Source: Utricularia gibba
Taxonomy: Eukaryota > Plantae > Magnoliophyta
Assembly (NCBI GenBank): GCA_002189035.1
Contig: CM007989.1
Span: 4,650,001 to 4,714,000, forward strand
Length of the DNA: 64,000 bases
Reading direction: 5' to 3'
The position numbers and the translations under genes were made by a program. Positions 13,239 to 24,844 of this stretch are shown piece after piece. The notes below the pieces were generated by a model that did no database searches, was not told where the DNA came from, and was given only the letters and a program-made list of their open reading frames with translations. Position 1 is the stretch's first letter. Every line of letters starts with the position of its first letter.

Positions 13239-14349
13239 CTTCTCCGCTTCAACTGCAGACAATGAAAAAACGTGTCCAAACATCCCATAATGAAGTCCAT
13301 GTCTCGCTTGCACGATGAGCACGAGAGACATACATGAAGCACTCTGTCTGTGGGAAGAAAGTTTACTTACCTTCAGTGTGAGGAGTAGAGCAGATGAAGA
13401 CGATGAATGCACTGCGCTTATAAGCAGCAGAGCTTCATGACATCTGCTGCGTCGACTAGTGAGAGCTTGTCGAGATGGAAATAGAGCAGGGGAGCATGAA
13501 ATTGTGTCTAGTCTCTGTAGTAAAAGAGAAACTGGTCAGTGTTCTCACATTCTTTCCCAGTTTTCTTTCAAAGAAGAATAAGACAACACAGCCACCAAAC
13601 ATCAGAATCAAATAGCAAGATTACAACGTTAACTGAGTACGGATCACATGAACCATCTCCAATGCTCCAAATCCATGTTTTTTCAATAAATCCAAGGGAA
13701 GAAAAGTCGAAGCCCGACAAAGAATGCCTGCCGTACTGTGTTGCTGCAAGGGAGGGGTAGCTGCTTTTTGAGTGGGGGGGCGAAGAATTTCAAAAGCGAC
13801 ATGATTTTGCGGCGCAGAGTAAGATGAGATACCACTGCAGAATTTTGTGTGATCAACCAAAGATACTGAAAGAAGATAAGACAAAAGAAAGCAGCAAACA
13901 GGTTCGTGAAAAGCACAGCAACTTTCCTCATTTTCCACTGTCGCCTCTCATTTTGGTTTCTGTTCATCCATCACCATCATTTAGACCATTGAAGAAGCAC
14001 GAATTGTCTTGTCCTGGGATTTAGACTTTGAAATTGGGTTGGTGCAATAACTGTCCAAACATGTTCTGCGTGTACATGGGTATTGTTTTATTCACATCCA
14101 GAGGAAACAGCTCTGAATCTTTGAAAAGAAAAACCAGAGCTTGATCCGATACCAAGCACAGGATTCAGAAGGCATGAGAGAAAAAGAGGGATGTGCGAAT
14201 TCAAAACTGTTCATTATATACCAAAATATCCAAATTCATCAAGAAACACAGAGATAGACATTCCTTGACAGTCAGTAGTGTGGTGCTGTGGGTGAACTCA
14301 ACCTTCGCTTGGCGGCAAAATCATCAACCTACGATGCTCCATGAAGATT

Positions 14350-15345
14350 CTACTGTAAACCCACCAGTATGTCGTCATCTCCCTCGTAAAATTCTACTCT
14401 AGTGTCAACGGGATTCACAATTGGATAGCTTTCTTCACTAACTCCATACAGGGGACGAACCTGATCATCATTGCTCATAGACCCTCTTCCCAAATTGCTT
14501 GAAGTCAATGAAGCACAATCTTGATTTCCACCCCAAAAATGAGTTGTTTCACCATTATCGAGATGCTCATCTGCACTAAATTTCTTCACACCATCTCTGA
14601 GAATCTTCTCTCTGCCATTACCCGCGAACCCACAGTCATTTGATGGAGGTCTATGATCGTTATAATGGGCTAATACAGAAGGGGTTGCGAAGGGAACCCA
14701 TGGATTCTCTCCAATTTCTTCTCCATTGCTTTTACGAACTTCCAGAGGCATGAACCCTGGACACCAGTAATAGCCCTTCTGTACAACTTCATGCGGCGGA
14801 GGAACTTCAATCGCCACCGCGTACAACGCTTTTTTGCATCTTTCATTCGAACACCTCAAGCAACATCCCTCATAAGCCATTTCGTACTCGTACACATAGT
14901 AGCACTAAGGACAGACTGTCCAGAAAGTGTTAGTTTCTTTGCCGCCTGAAATACTCCTCTTCAACACCTCATCAAATCTAGCCTTCTTGAGTGGATTCGA
15001 CAGCACCGACCACGCCTCTGAGATCAAGAAGGAAGCCTCCGACGCATGTGGATACGGGTTAACATTGGGGTGAAGAATGGATGCTAGGGCTTCGAAACTA
15101 GACTTTATCCGGGAAGCATCAGACTCGAAATGGGGGAGATTTAAGATTGTGTAATAGTCGCTCTGAGTGGACGAGATGCTGGGGGCGGAGAGTACAGAAG
15201 CTATTGACAGAATCTGGGCCGAGCTTCTCTGGGTTACTTCAGAATCGCCGGCACGGCGGGCGTACTCACGGCAGTCATCGAAGTTCCTTTGACGGAGAAA
15301 GTACTCAGCGGCGGTGAGAAATCTGTTTAGTTTTTCTTCTCCCAT
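14350..15345 (-). pseudogene. Intronless DnaJ/J-like domain protein with Cys cluster, interrupted by an in-frame TAG at 14905-14907
   Basis: DYYTILNLP...LHPNVNPYPHASEASFLISEAWSVLSNPLKKARFD is a J-domain with HPD changed to HPN. It is followed by FWTVCP*CYYVYEYEMAYEGCCLRCSNERCKK, matching the family motif FWTxCPYCYxxYEY...C..C, and ends EFYEGDDDILVGL. The two track ORFs are in the same frame. Confidence 0.85.
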
Positions 15346-16861
15346 CCCCTTGGTAGTGGGTGCTCAACTCAGCCAATTCGAAATTCCACTTTTAGGAGGG
15401 ATTTTACGAGTAAAACCCCAGAATTTGTAGTAGAAGCAGGCATTGCGGAAGAACCCTAGCCCAGCCCTATTTCCTTCTTCCCCATTTTCGCCTCAAGGTC
15501 TTAGCTTCCCCAAATACGGCAGCTGAACCGAACCAATCTAGCCAACAGAAAAAAAGGTGTAATCTTTGAAGATACAAGACGATCAAATCAGGATTCCAGA
15601 AGCCTCGGAATTGTTATCCCCTTGAAGAAGCTGCGTTTCCCTCAACCGGAGGAATACCTGGAAGAATCCTGAACTTTGAAGGCCTTGACTCAAGTTCAAA
15701 AAAAAAAAAAAAGGCAGTCAACCGTAGAAACTTATGATGTCATAACAAGCGTTATGTGAAAACTTGATCAGAATTCAGTGTGTAAAAAATACATGAACAA
15801 AAAAAGAGTACTTTTTTATATAATGGATGATGTTGCGGTTCAAGACTGTATCTTTTTCATATGGGCTGTAGAAAAATCAGCCTCTGCAAGTATACGTATG
15901 GTCTGGTAGCCGGACTTCCGGCGACTTTGTACCAAGACAGATCCTCCTTTCTGTTGTCGAGGAACATCGCCGCCTCCTGCATTGAATAACTTGATGTGTT
16001 ACTGATAATGAGCATACTTTGAGACCAAAGCTGAACCACATCTAAACATGGCGGGTGTGTTTGGTAACAAGTATTAATTGGGATAATTAAATGGGAAAAG
16101 TAAAACATGATGTTTGGTATGTGGGATAAATTATACTGGAGTATAATTTATATCGTGAAAATGTGATAAAATAATGGGAGGGGAGAGGAGGAATAAAATT
16201 ATCTCGACTATGAAATGTCTATTTTGCCCTTCAATTTGTGGAAATATAATTTCTACGTGAGTTTTGTCTTCACTATTCACAACGTTGTTGACTTCGCTCC
16301 TCACACTTGGAGCATTAGGTTTTAACATTCCAAAACAACCAAGGTTAATTTCTATCTCCTCTTGATATATTTTGGAGGATTTTCAATAAAGTGAGTATTT
16401 TGAAGGAATTTGATTGTTATGAATATTTACTTGCAATTCTTGAATGAATGATATTTTCTTGTTATTTTGATTGTTAGGTATCATGGCTGATAGACAACAA
16501 AAAAAACTCTTTTGGTTGATGTTGTATCATATTTGCTAGTATGAGATGTTGTCTACAAATAAATATGTTTTTGTTCATAGTTAATAACATGGTAAAAAGA
16601 AATTTTTATTATTGACTTAGTGTTCTTTATTGCATTTTTCTAGGTGTAAGTAATTTAATAACTATAAATTTGAATGCATTAATATGCATAAGTAGCTTAC
16701 CGAGCCTAAGTTGATGTAATTATTAGTCATTGATTTTTATTTTACACTCTAAAGATTGCACCACTTTCCATGGCTCTTGGTGCAAGATGTCTCTCTCTAT
16801 CTATGTACGTGTTATCTATTAGATAACATTTTTTTAATCTTGCATTTCAGCTTATTCAATG

Positions 16862-17025
16862 CACATCTATTTATGAGTTGATGGCCTGCAGAGATTTTTA
16901 AGTGGGAGTAGGCAAATCATGATCCTTATATGTGCAGCGAGGCCACATCTATTTATGAGCTGATGGCCTGCAGAGATTTTTAAGTGGGAGTAGACAAATC
17001 ATGATCCTTATATGCGCAGCGAGGC
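16862..17025. repeat. Tandem duplication, 2 x 82 bp, inside the Harbinger element
   Basis: CACATCTATTTATGAG...GCAGCGAGGC at 16862-16943 and 16944-17025; three substitutions seen. Confidence 0.92.
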
Positions 17026-17389
17026 TAGGAGCCTGTAAGCCTATTGAAGTTAGGGACTTCATGTCAACAACGAAAACCGTCAGCATTATTAGGCAGCAAA
17101 TGATACTCCCCTTTTTTGTTCAAGTGATGTAACTACAACACCCTGATTCAAGTGGCTCGCATCCAATATTTTTTGAGCATTCAACAACTTACAAAATAAA
17201 ATTAAGGCTACTAAATGGAGACCACAAATGAACCAAAATATAGCTGGTGAAAACATCCATTTTTAGACTTGATAACAATAAGATTCATTACATCTTATAA
17301 ATAAAATAAAATCATAGAGTTTTATTAACTCTGCAAAATAGATAACATAAGCATGGGCACCCATGCATCAAAACAACTTAACTTCAATA

Positions 17390-18317
17390 TTAGAGTTCCA
17401 TTAAGATCTGACCAACTAGATCACTTTGTTCAGCCTCATTCATAGCTAGAAAACAACTGACTTTCGTTGGATCATTGAGTAGCTTGGACGAAACAACAAG
17501 TCGATTAGCAACACTCATTCCCATACTAGAAATGATAGCACTGACTTTTTTTTTCTTTCATCCATATCAACACTCAACATTTCTGTTGCCTGCAGAATTG
17601 TGTCCCTGTTCTTCGACGCAAGAGCCTCAAGTTGATCTTCTAATCTGGTTATGAGAAGAATAGTGTCATCAGGAGCCTTTCGTTTCCCTTTTCTTCCATT
17701 TCCACCACCAGAACCATGTACATTAGCAGCAGATGAATCACCAAAGGAAGAATAGTGTCATCTTGCATTTCTTCGATCTCTTGTATATCTTCCAATCCTA
17801 CAGATTGAATGTCTTCATCTATGGCTCAATCACCATCAGCTCGATCTTTTCCAAAAATGTCACACCAGTCCTCATAAAATGGGAAAGATTTGTCTTTCAT
17901 GGCCGAGAACTTAGTCTTGTTATGCTTCACACACAATAATAAGTAACTTAATACACCAAAACTAAATTTATTAAATAATGTTACCTAAAGCAGTTCATTC
18001 CAATGCTCCTCTGTAGCATCGATCAATTTTGTAACTGAGTTGAAACTATTATCAGATTTCGAAAGAAAATCATGCACCATGCTCCACTCTTTTTTCCAAA
18101 TCTTAATCTTCGATTCGATGTGTGGATTGGCTTTAAGATTGGAATTTGGAAACTTCAATTGCATTTCTTTCTGAGAGTGTGTAGGTAGTTGGCTCTAAAA
18201 CCATTCTCACACTTGCCTCCATTCACTACAAAATCTTTGACAACAGATGAATGTTGCTTCCTCCGTTGGAGTCCAAGAACGCTGTTGACGCTTCGATTTT
18301 CCGGTAGGTTCTTCCAT
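17390..18317 (-). pseudogene. Myb/SANT-like (Harbinger ORF1) pseudogene
   Basis: MEEPTGKSKRQQRSWTPTEE...KCENGFRANYL...MQLKFPNSNLKANPHIESKIKIWKKEW, then KSFPFYEDWCDIFGKDRADG and GRKGKRKAP. These are typical Myb_DNA-bind_3/Harbinger ORF1 motifs. Several frameshifts and stops, probable intron near 17985-17930. Confidence 0.8.
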
Positions 18318-19096
18318 GGGAGTGGAGCATTGACGGCTCAAGAGAACTAGGGCAATTATTGTTCATTTTAGGAATATTTAAATGTAAAGGGCAAAAAGGT
18401 AAATTTATTTTATAAAATAACAATAACTTATTGTTATCCCATCTTTATTCAAAATATAACAAACACAGGATAAAATGTTATCCTATGATATACTTACTCT
18501 TATCCCAAATAAAAATTATCCTAGGTATAACTTATATATCTACCAAACACACCCAGCTAGTTTGAACAGATTAGATGCCTGGCACACACGCCCCCCAAAA
18601 CTGCGGCTCGCTATTGTAACTGATCAGTGGTTTCGGAGACGATATCTGGAACAAGTCCACTATTCAGAATGACGGTAAAAAGCTCTTCAACAACAATCAA
18701 CATGCAAATGTGAATGCAATGCGCCTCTGTGACACAAGCAGAGAAGAGGGATACGCCCCAGCAGGAAACCAAATGGTACCTCAGCTTTGTACATGGCATT
18801 GGAAATGTTGGAATAAAATGTATTGGAGAAGAGAAGCTCTATCTCACATTACTAGTTGAACACATGTTCAACAAGTTTATAATGGAAGACAATCTAATAT
18901 CTTTGATAGACTTGAGGGTAAGTTGGGCCCGCGCACACGCAAGGTCTTAATTTGCTAGATCGGGTTGGGGAAAGATTGCAGATCATGGATTCATATAGAA
19001 AAACAGCTGATTTGTGAAGGCACCACGAGCATTCCTAATAAAATGCAAAAAGGGAATACGCAGGACACAGGAATACCAGACACAGAGTATATGGGG

Positions 19097-19426
19097 AGTT
19101 GCTTCAGGTAACCGCTCAGGGTCGACGATGTAGTCGATGCTCCATCAAGCACCGAGGTGCTTTTAAGGTGCTGAACAGACTCATCACGGCAACCCACTAA
19201 TCCAAAAACCTTCTCAGGAACAAGTTCATTGGTGAAGCCACAAAGATCATTCTTAGTAACATGCGAAAAAAAAAACATACACGGGACAGTGGCACCATAG
19301 AATACTAGACACCATGGATTACAGAAGTTGCTCAGGTAACCGCTCAGGATCGACGATATAGTCGATGCTCCATCAAGCACTGAGGTGCTTTCAAGGCACT
19401 GAATGGACTCATCATTGCAACCCACT
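19097..19426. repeat. Dispersed direct repeat, about 101 bp x2 (19097-19198 and 19326-19426)
   Basis: AGTTGC(T)TCAGGTAACCGCTCAGG...GCAACCCACT occurs twice about 229 bp apart, with roughly a dozen differences. Confidence 0.9.
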
Positions 19427-19914
19427 TATTCATTGGCGTCACACTCTACCACATCAGTAACAAAACAAATCCATTCTCTGTGTTTCATCAAGCAATGAAG
19501 AGCTTTCATGACATCCAAACGCTAATCACAGCAGCCTACTTATCCATTGGCCTCATTTCAAAGACATGCAAAAAAAGATTAATTTTTTCTTCGTTTACAT
19601 CGAATGACATCATTGAATACTCACATTTTTCGTGTAACGAAAATATGGACAAACAATCCTCCTCATCAAAATCAACCATAAAAGGAAAATTACACAATCG
19701 CCTCCGCACAGCCATAAAATCATATAGCAGTAACCAAGACACCCCAAGAACTGAGATGTGGGTACATTGCAGAGCGATTCCCAGGGTAAACAGAGTTCCC
19801 CCAACACAGCTCGATTCCGTTCTTGTGGGTACGACGACCCTCTTTAGGGTTACCAATTGGATCATATACAAATGTCAGCGTTTGAGGCCTAAACTATTTA
19901 TTGAGCACAAGATT

Positions 19915-19955
19915 TCCTAGGCCCATTACTTCAAACACTTTCGGAGGCCCATTTA
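19915..19955. promoter_or_regulatory. Two site II (GGCCCA) motifs upstream of an unexplained minus-strand region
   Basis: TAGGCCCAT and GAGGCCCAT sit at the boundary between GC-balanced sequence and an AT-rich intergenic stretch. Confidence 0.3.
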
Positions 19956-21973
19956 GGCCATATAGATTTATTATAAAATAATATTGAAAAAAAAATCAAA
20001 ACGCGCAGTTTATAATGTGCAACCGAATGTATTTACCATATTTGTTCACGCTCTAACTTTAATTATCCTTGTTTGAAATCCAGAAAAAAAAAAATGTTAA
20101 AAGCCCCCGCAAATCGGGTTGAAGATTGATTTCAGTTGGATATTACAATTATTTATTTTTCAATGTAGTCAATTTTTGTATAAAACTTTTAATTGAGGAT
20201 GGATTTGGAAAATGAAATTGCCTTCTTTGATTTAGATGATTTTATTAATTGCTATAATTTAATCGATTTTATATAATACTAATACTAATAATAATCATGA
20301 TCATATTAATTGTTGTGTTACTAAAAAAGTATTACACCATGTTAATTGAATATCCAAATTTAACTCAAACTGAAAACTGAATTATATTTTTAAATGGTTT
20401 TTTAATGAATACAAGTAAATATTTTAATCAAATTGTATAAGATATGCATTATTTAAATTTTACATTCAAATCAGTATATATTTTTTAATTTTTTATTATT
20501 AAAATATATTTTTTAAATGGTTTTTGCTTTTTTTTCCCGAGGAATAGCATTCTTGGGTCATGTCAATAAGGAACAGTAGCCGGGTTTGACCTTGTGACTC
20601 ATATCTTTTGCTGCATAAAAAAACAGAAACATTAGAAGACAATTTTTTTTCGTAATGGATTAAATTGCAAGTAAACCAGATAAAAAATCATTTAAAATAA
20701 ACCCCATTCAATATTTACCAAATAGAGAAATAATCGTGCCACAATTTTTTTTCTTTTGTAGTTTCCAAAAATACATATACAATTATTGTGTATATATTAA
20801 AAAAATCCTGAAAATTCAGTTTTCTTTTTATTATTATTATTATTGATGTGGTTGCGCACAATGCGGTCGACATTACATTATTTATTTCTCTGCATACCCT
20901 ATCACATTCACCTAAATTATTGAACGTGGCATCAGGCCTTGCTGGAGTTCAGACACTGCCCATGAATCCCTGGGGGAAAAAAAAACATATTTTATTTATT
21001 TAAATATGCATAAAGTTATCACAATAATGAGCAATAAATTTGTTGATGCTTTTTGGGTGGATGGCCTTGAATATTGGAATGCAGTTAGTATGTTGTGACT
21101 TGAAAATTATTTTTATTTCATTTATTTTGTTTTATGATATGTAATTACTGTCTTTTTTTTTAATAATCGGGATGCTTTCATGCCCCGACAAATGCTGCCA
21201 TGTGCATGTGTGTGAATGTGTGCTTATTACAAGGATTCAAAGCGATGGCGTAGTCATCTATTATTTAAAAATCATGCATAATTGATATTCAAGTAATTAT
21301 ACTGATGAAGATTTTTTTTTTTTTTTTACACTGCTGAGATACGAATGTCTGCATTTGGAAACTTGTTTGATGTGTCAAATGGAAGAAGGTGGAGAAGATG
21401 GCACCCAGAAGAGGGTTTCACTGCATCAAAGATCAAAGTAGAAGATGACTCAGAACGGAAATCATGAATGGGTAGACATTAACACTAAAGAATACACAAG
21501 AAGCAGAGGAATCAGTCGTGATGTCCAGTTGATGCAGGAAATCCAGGTGTGTTGGAAGGAAGTGGTGTGATTCCGGTTTGATCCTGATGCTCCTCTGTGA
21601 CTGCTTGACCGTGATTCATTCGCAAGTCGACAAACATGGACTGGACTGAACTGATCTCCATGAACTGATACAGGTCGTCAGCATTGCTTTTATAGGTAAC
21701 GTTCCGGGCCTTGTTTGCATCTCCTTTTGGATTGTTAGTTGAATCACTAACAGTTCCCTTCGTATTGCATATTGAATTGTGATGATCAAGTTGATGACAA
21801 TGAAGATCAGTTGAGTACAACTTGTGTACAATACGGGGATCCCAGCTAAGACTACGTTATGGCATTGCGCGCTACGGAGAGATGACGGGGAGCCTAGTGG
21901 CATTCGAATAAATATCCTACTGTGGAAAGCTTCATTCTTATTTATTTCAGTGTTGTTGGGTGCTGTTCCCCCA

Positions 21974-23390
21974 ATGGGTGAGGAAGAAGATAGTGCCAGT
22001 GCCGATCACGCTGTATCTGACCTCCTCTGCGATGAGAAAGCCGAAAGCTTGAGTCTTGGTGCTGGGTTTCTCGGGGAAACTCTAGATTTCCAACCGCGTA
22101 TGCCGAGGGAATCAGAGCCTCCGGTGGAGTTGGCATTGCTGAGCGACGAGTGTTTCGGGTGGATGGTTGAGCAGGAGAAGAAATACCTGCCCAGATATGA
22201 CTATCTCCAACGGTTGAGAAGCGGGGAGCTTGATTCCGGGTTCAGAGAAGAGGCGATTGATTGGATTACCAAGGTGAGAGGAAAATCTTTCATGTCATTT
22301 CATCTACGACTGGAGATTCTGATGCTGGAATTTCCCGTATTTCAAGTATCATTAACAACAGCAAAAGTGAAAGATTCCTTTGATTCTCGCAATCCCTTTT
22401 AATATAAACGTTTGTATTTCTTGCGATCGTCAGGCTTGTCTTCGCCATGGTTTTGGGGGGATTTGCCTGTGTTCAGCAGTGAATTACTTCGACAGATTCG
22501 TGTCCGAGTACAATCTCCCAGTAAGTCCTAAACGTGTTATTGACGCTCCCCATTTACTCTCTCTTGGGACAACCACCTCATTCTCTCACAGAAAGGCAAA
22601 CACTGGGCACCTCAATTGGTAGCAGTTGCCTCCTTATTACTTGCAGCGAAGGTGGAGGAGGTTAATGTTCCAAACTCCATTGATTTACAGGTGAAGCTCT
22701 AGCTAGATATGATTCTTCTTTCCCTTTAATTATCTGGGTTTTCCGAATCCCAATCCATCCGATTATTGGACAGTGTGGACAGCAAGAGGAGCCAGGGTTC
22801 TCCTTCGAGGCGAAAGCGGTCCACAGAATGGAGATGATACTGCTCAACAGCTTGAACTGGAACATCAAGCCCCACACCCCATTAAACTTCATCGAGTTTT
22901 TTCTCTGCAAGATCAACCATGAAGCACTTATACCCTACAATGCAAGGATCGCCAGATCAATCCCACTGATCTCCAGTATAGTCAAAGGTGTGATCCTGCG
23001 ATCTCGCCACCTACATACAAGCTTCTACCACCAGTACGCATGATTCAGAGATGGGTGTGATATTGAATGCAGGGATAGATTTCTTGGAATTCAGGCCATC
23101 TGAGGTAGCTGCAGCTGTCGCCATTTACGTTTCAGGCGAAACGCAAGGCGTAGCCTCGTCTGATAAAGCGCTGTCTTGTTTCATAGAGAGGGTAGAGTAA
23201 ATTCCCATGGCACCCCACATCATAAATACCCCCATGCTTCCTTCCTTCCATTGAAAACTGATGCCTTTTGCGACATGAGGTTTTACAGGACAGAGTGATG
23301 AGCTGCCTACAGCTGATACGAGGTTCAGGAGTACCCATGAGTTACATTACAGTGACACCACCGCCGCCACTAGTTCCAATTGCACCGTAA
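21974..23390 (+). CDS. CYCD2: D-type cyclin, CYCD2/CYCD4 class; 6 exons; stop at 23388-23390 precedes the remnant of the conserved tail (to 23568)
   Basis: LxCxE motif LLCDE; YLQRLRSGELDSGFREEAIDWI; AVNYFDRF; QLVAVASLLLAAKVEE; FSFEAKAVHRME; DFLEFRPSEVAAAVA. Exons start at 21974, 22434, 22592, 22783, 23073 and 23289, all with GT-AG introns. Confidence 0.9.
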
Positions 23391-24802
23391 CAGTCGCCTC
23401 TGCGCCTACGGCGGCTGGGGGAGACGATGTCCAGCTACAAAAGGCGACGGGGGATCTTGCGCAAGCTCATCGCACACGCAACCAGATTGTAAAAGAAGGA
23501 AACTGGAGAACCCCATAAATTCACAAGTCCATAATTCAAGATTTCTGCAGCTTTGGTATCCCCATTGAGTACAAAATTCGGGTTTTTTTTTTCCATAACC
23601 ATGAACGGAAACAAGGAGCCAGATTATGCGTTGTGGTCGGGGAAGCCTACGTTTTTAAATTCACAAAAATTCTGAATTTTAGATAAAATATTAAATTTGG
23701 GAGTAACGATTTAATCCTAAGTTTCGATCGAAAAATCAGATCTTGATCGATAAAACAATATAAGAATTTATTGTATATTTTAATTTATTTATATGTATAT
23801 AAATAATTACATCTAAAAGTATATTATTAATTCATTATTGTGTCCGATAATTGCTTCTAAATGGTGCTATAAATGTGAATTTAAATATTAAAGAGCCAGT
23901 AAAGCAACCATTTATGACGTGTCAGGTTCCTCGCTTTGACTGGTCATGGCGGCAAGCAATCTTTTGGGGGAGAATTGGACGGGAACCTAAATCAGCTCTC
24001 TTCTTGAAGGAGAAACTTTTTTTGAAAAAAGCAAAGAAAAACAGATGTGGGCGCTGGCGTGCTCCTGAACTCGGTACACTGTTTTGGATAATTCCAGACC
24101 AAAATTAATATCCATGTTGTCAAGTGGCATTTTTTTATTCCCTCGTAAAAAAAATTCAAACGCCAAAATTCAGATACTCCTTAATTAGTCAAATAGTACT
24201 CTGTAAAATTTTTTCTTTACAGAATCATCATATTATTATATGAGTGTGGATTATAACATAAGACACGTCTATATAATTAAAAATTTGTTATATGTGTATG
24301 GTTTATGACATACTCCACTATCAGGCTTAGGATACAAATACTTTATATGACCTTGAATTATGTCATAAATCATGACTATATAAGTGAAAATTATTATATG
24401 GACATAGGTTATGATATAACCTATGTTCATATTATTGAAGATTTGTTATACGCCTGAATAACAAGCTTATGGATATGCCATCTGTATGATTGTTTTCCCT
24501 CATACGAACATAGATTGTATGTGAATAATGTTCGTGTAACTGTTTTTCACAACACAAGAGCTTGGCTTTTGTGAAAGTTACGTTCATATGGTTTTTTTAT
24601 ATTAATTATTTTCATTTATATTGTTACATCTATGTATTGTATAAAATAATTTATTATTTATAATAATTATTCACAAATATTACATATATACATATTAATT
24701 ACATTTATGTACTACAAAAAAATTATTATTTATATTTATATTATATATATAAATATATTTAATTACAACTACATATTACAGAAAATAATAAATTATTTAC
24801 AC

Positions 24803-24806
<4 letters not shown>

Positions 24807-24840
<34 letters not shown>
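24807..24840. repeat. (TA)17 microsatellite
   Basis: Uninterrupted TA run read directly. Confidence 0.95.

Positions 24841-24844
<4 letters not shown>

Larger units (their letters stand above)
16053..18554. mobile_element. PIF/Harbinger DNA transposon, degenerate, 2.5 kb
   Basis: Perfect 14-bp TIRs: GGGTGTGTTTGGTA (16053-16066) and TACCAAACACACCC (18541-18554). Subterminal GGGATAA and TGTTTG repeats at both ends. Internal Myb/SANT ORF remnant. No TWA TSD recognisable. Confidence 0.88.

Noticed and set aside
13239-13412. 58-aa N-terminal extension of the bHLH in the ORF track
   Set aside because: It starts at GTG and crosses a strong GTAAGT...TGCAG intron; more likely 5'UTR.
14899-14910. Programmed read-through of the J-gene TAG
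   Set aside because: The context TAG-TGC-TAC does not match the CARYYA read-through motif, and nothing else supports it.
16862-19426. Direct repeats considered as a CRISPR-like array
   Set aside because: Only two copies each, long units, no regular spacers, eukaryotic context, no cas genes.
24402-24426. 11-bp perfect inverted repeat ACATAGGTTAT-GAT-ATAACCTATGT
   Set aside because: Short, AT-rich and probably part of a decayed repeat; no TSD or miRNA-length stem.
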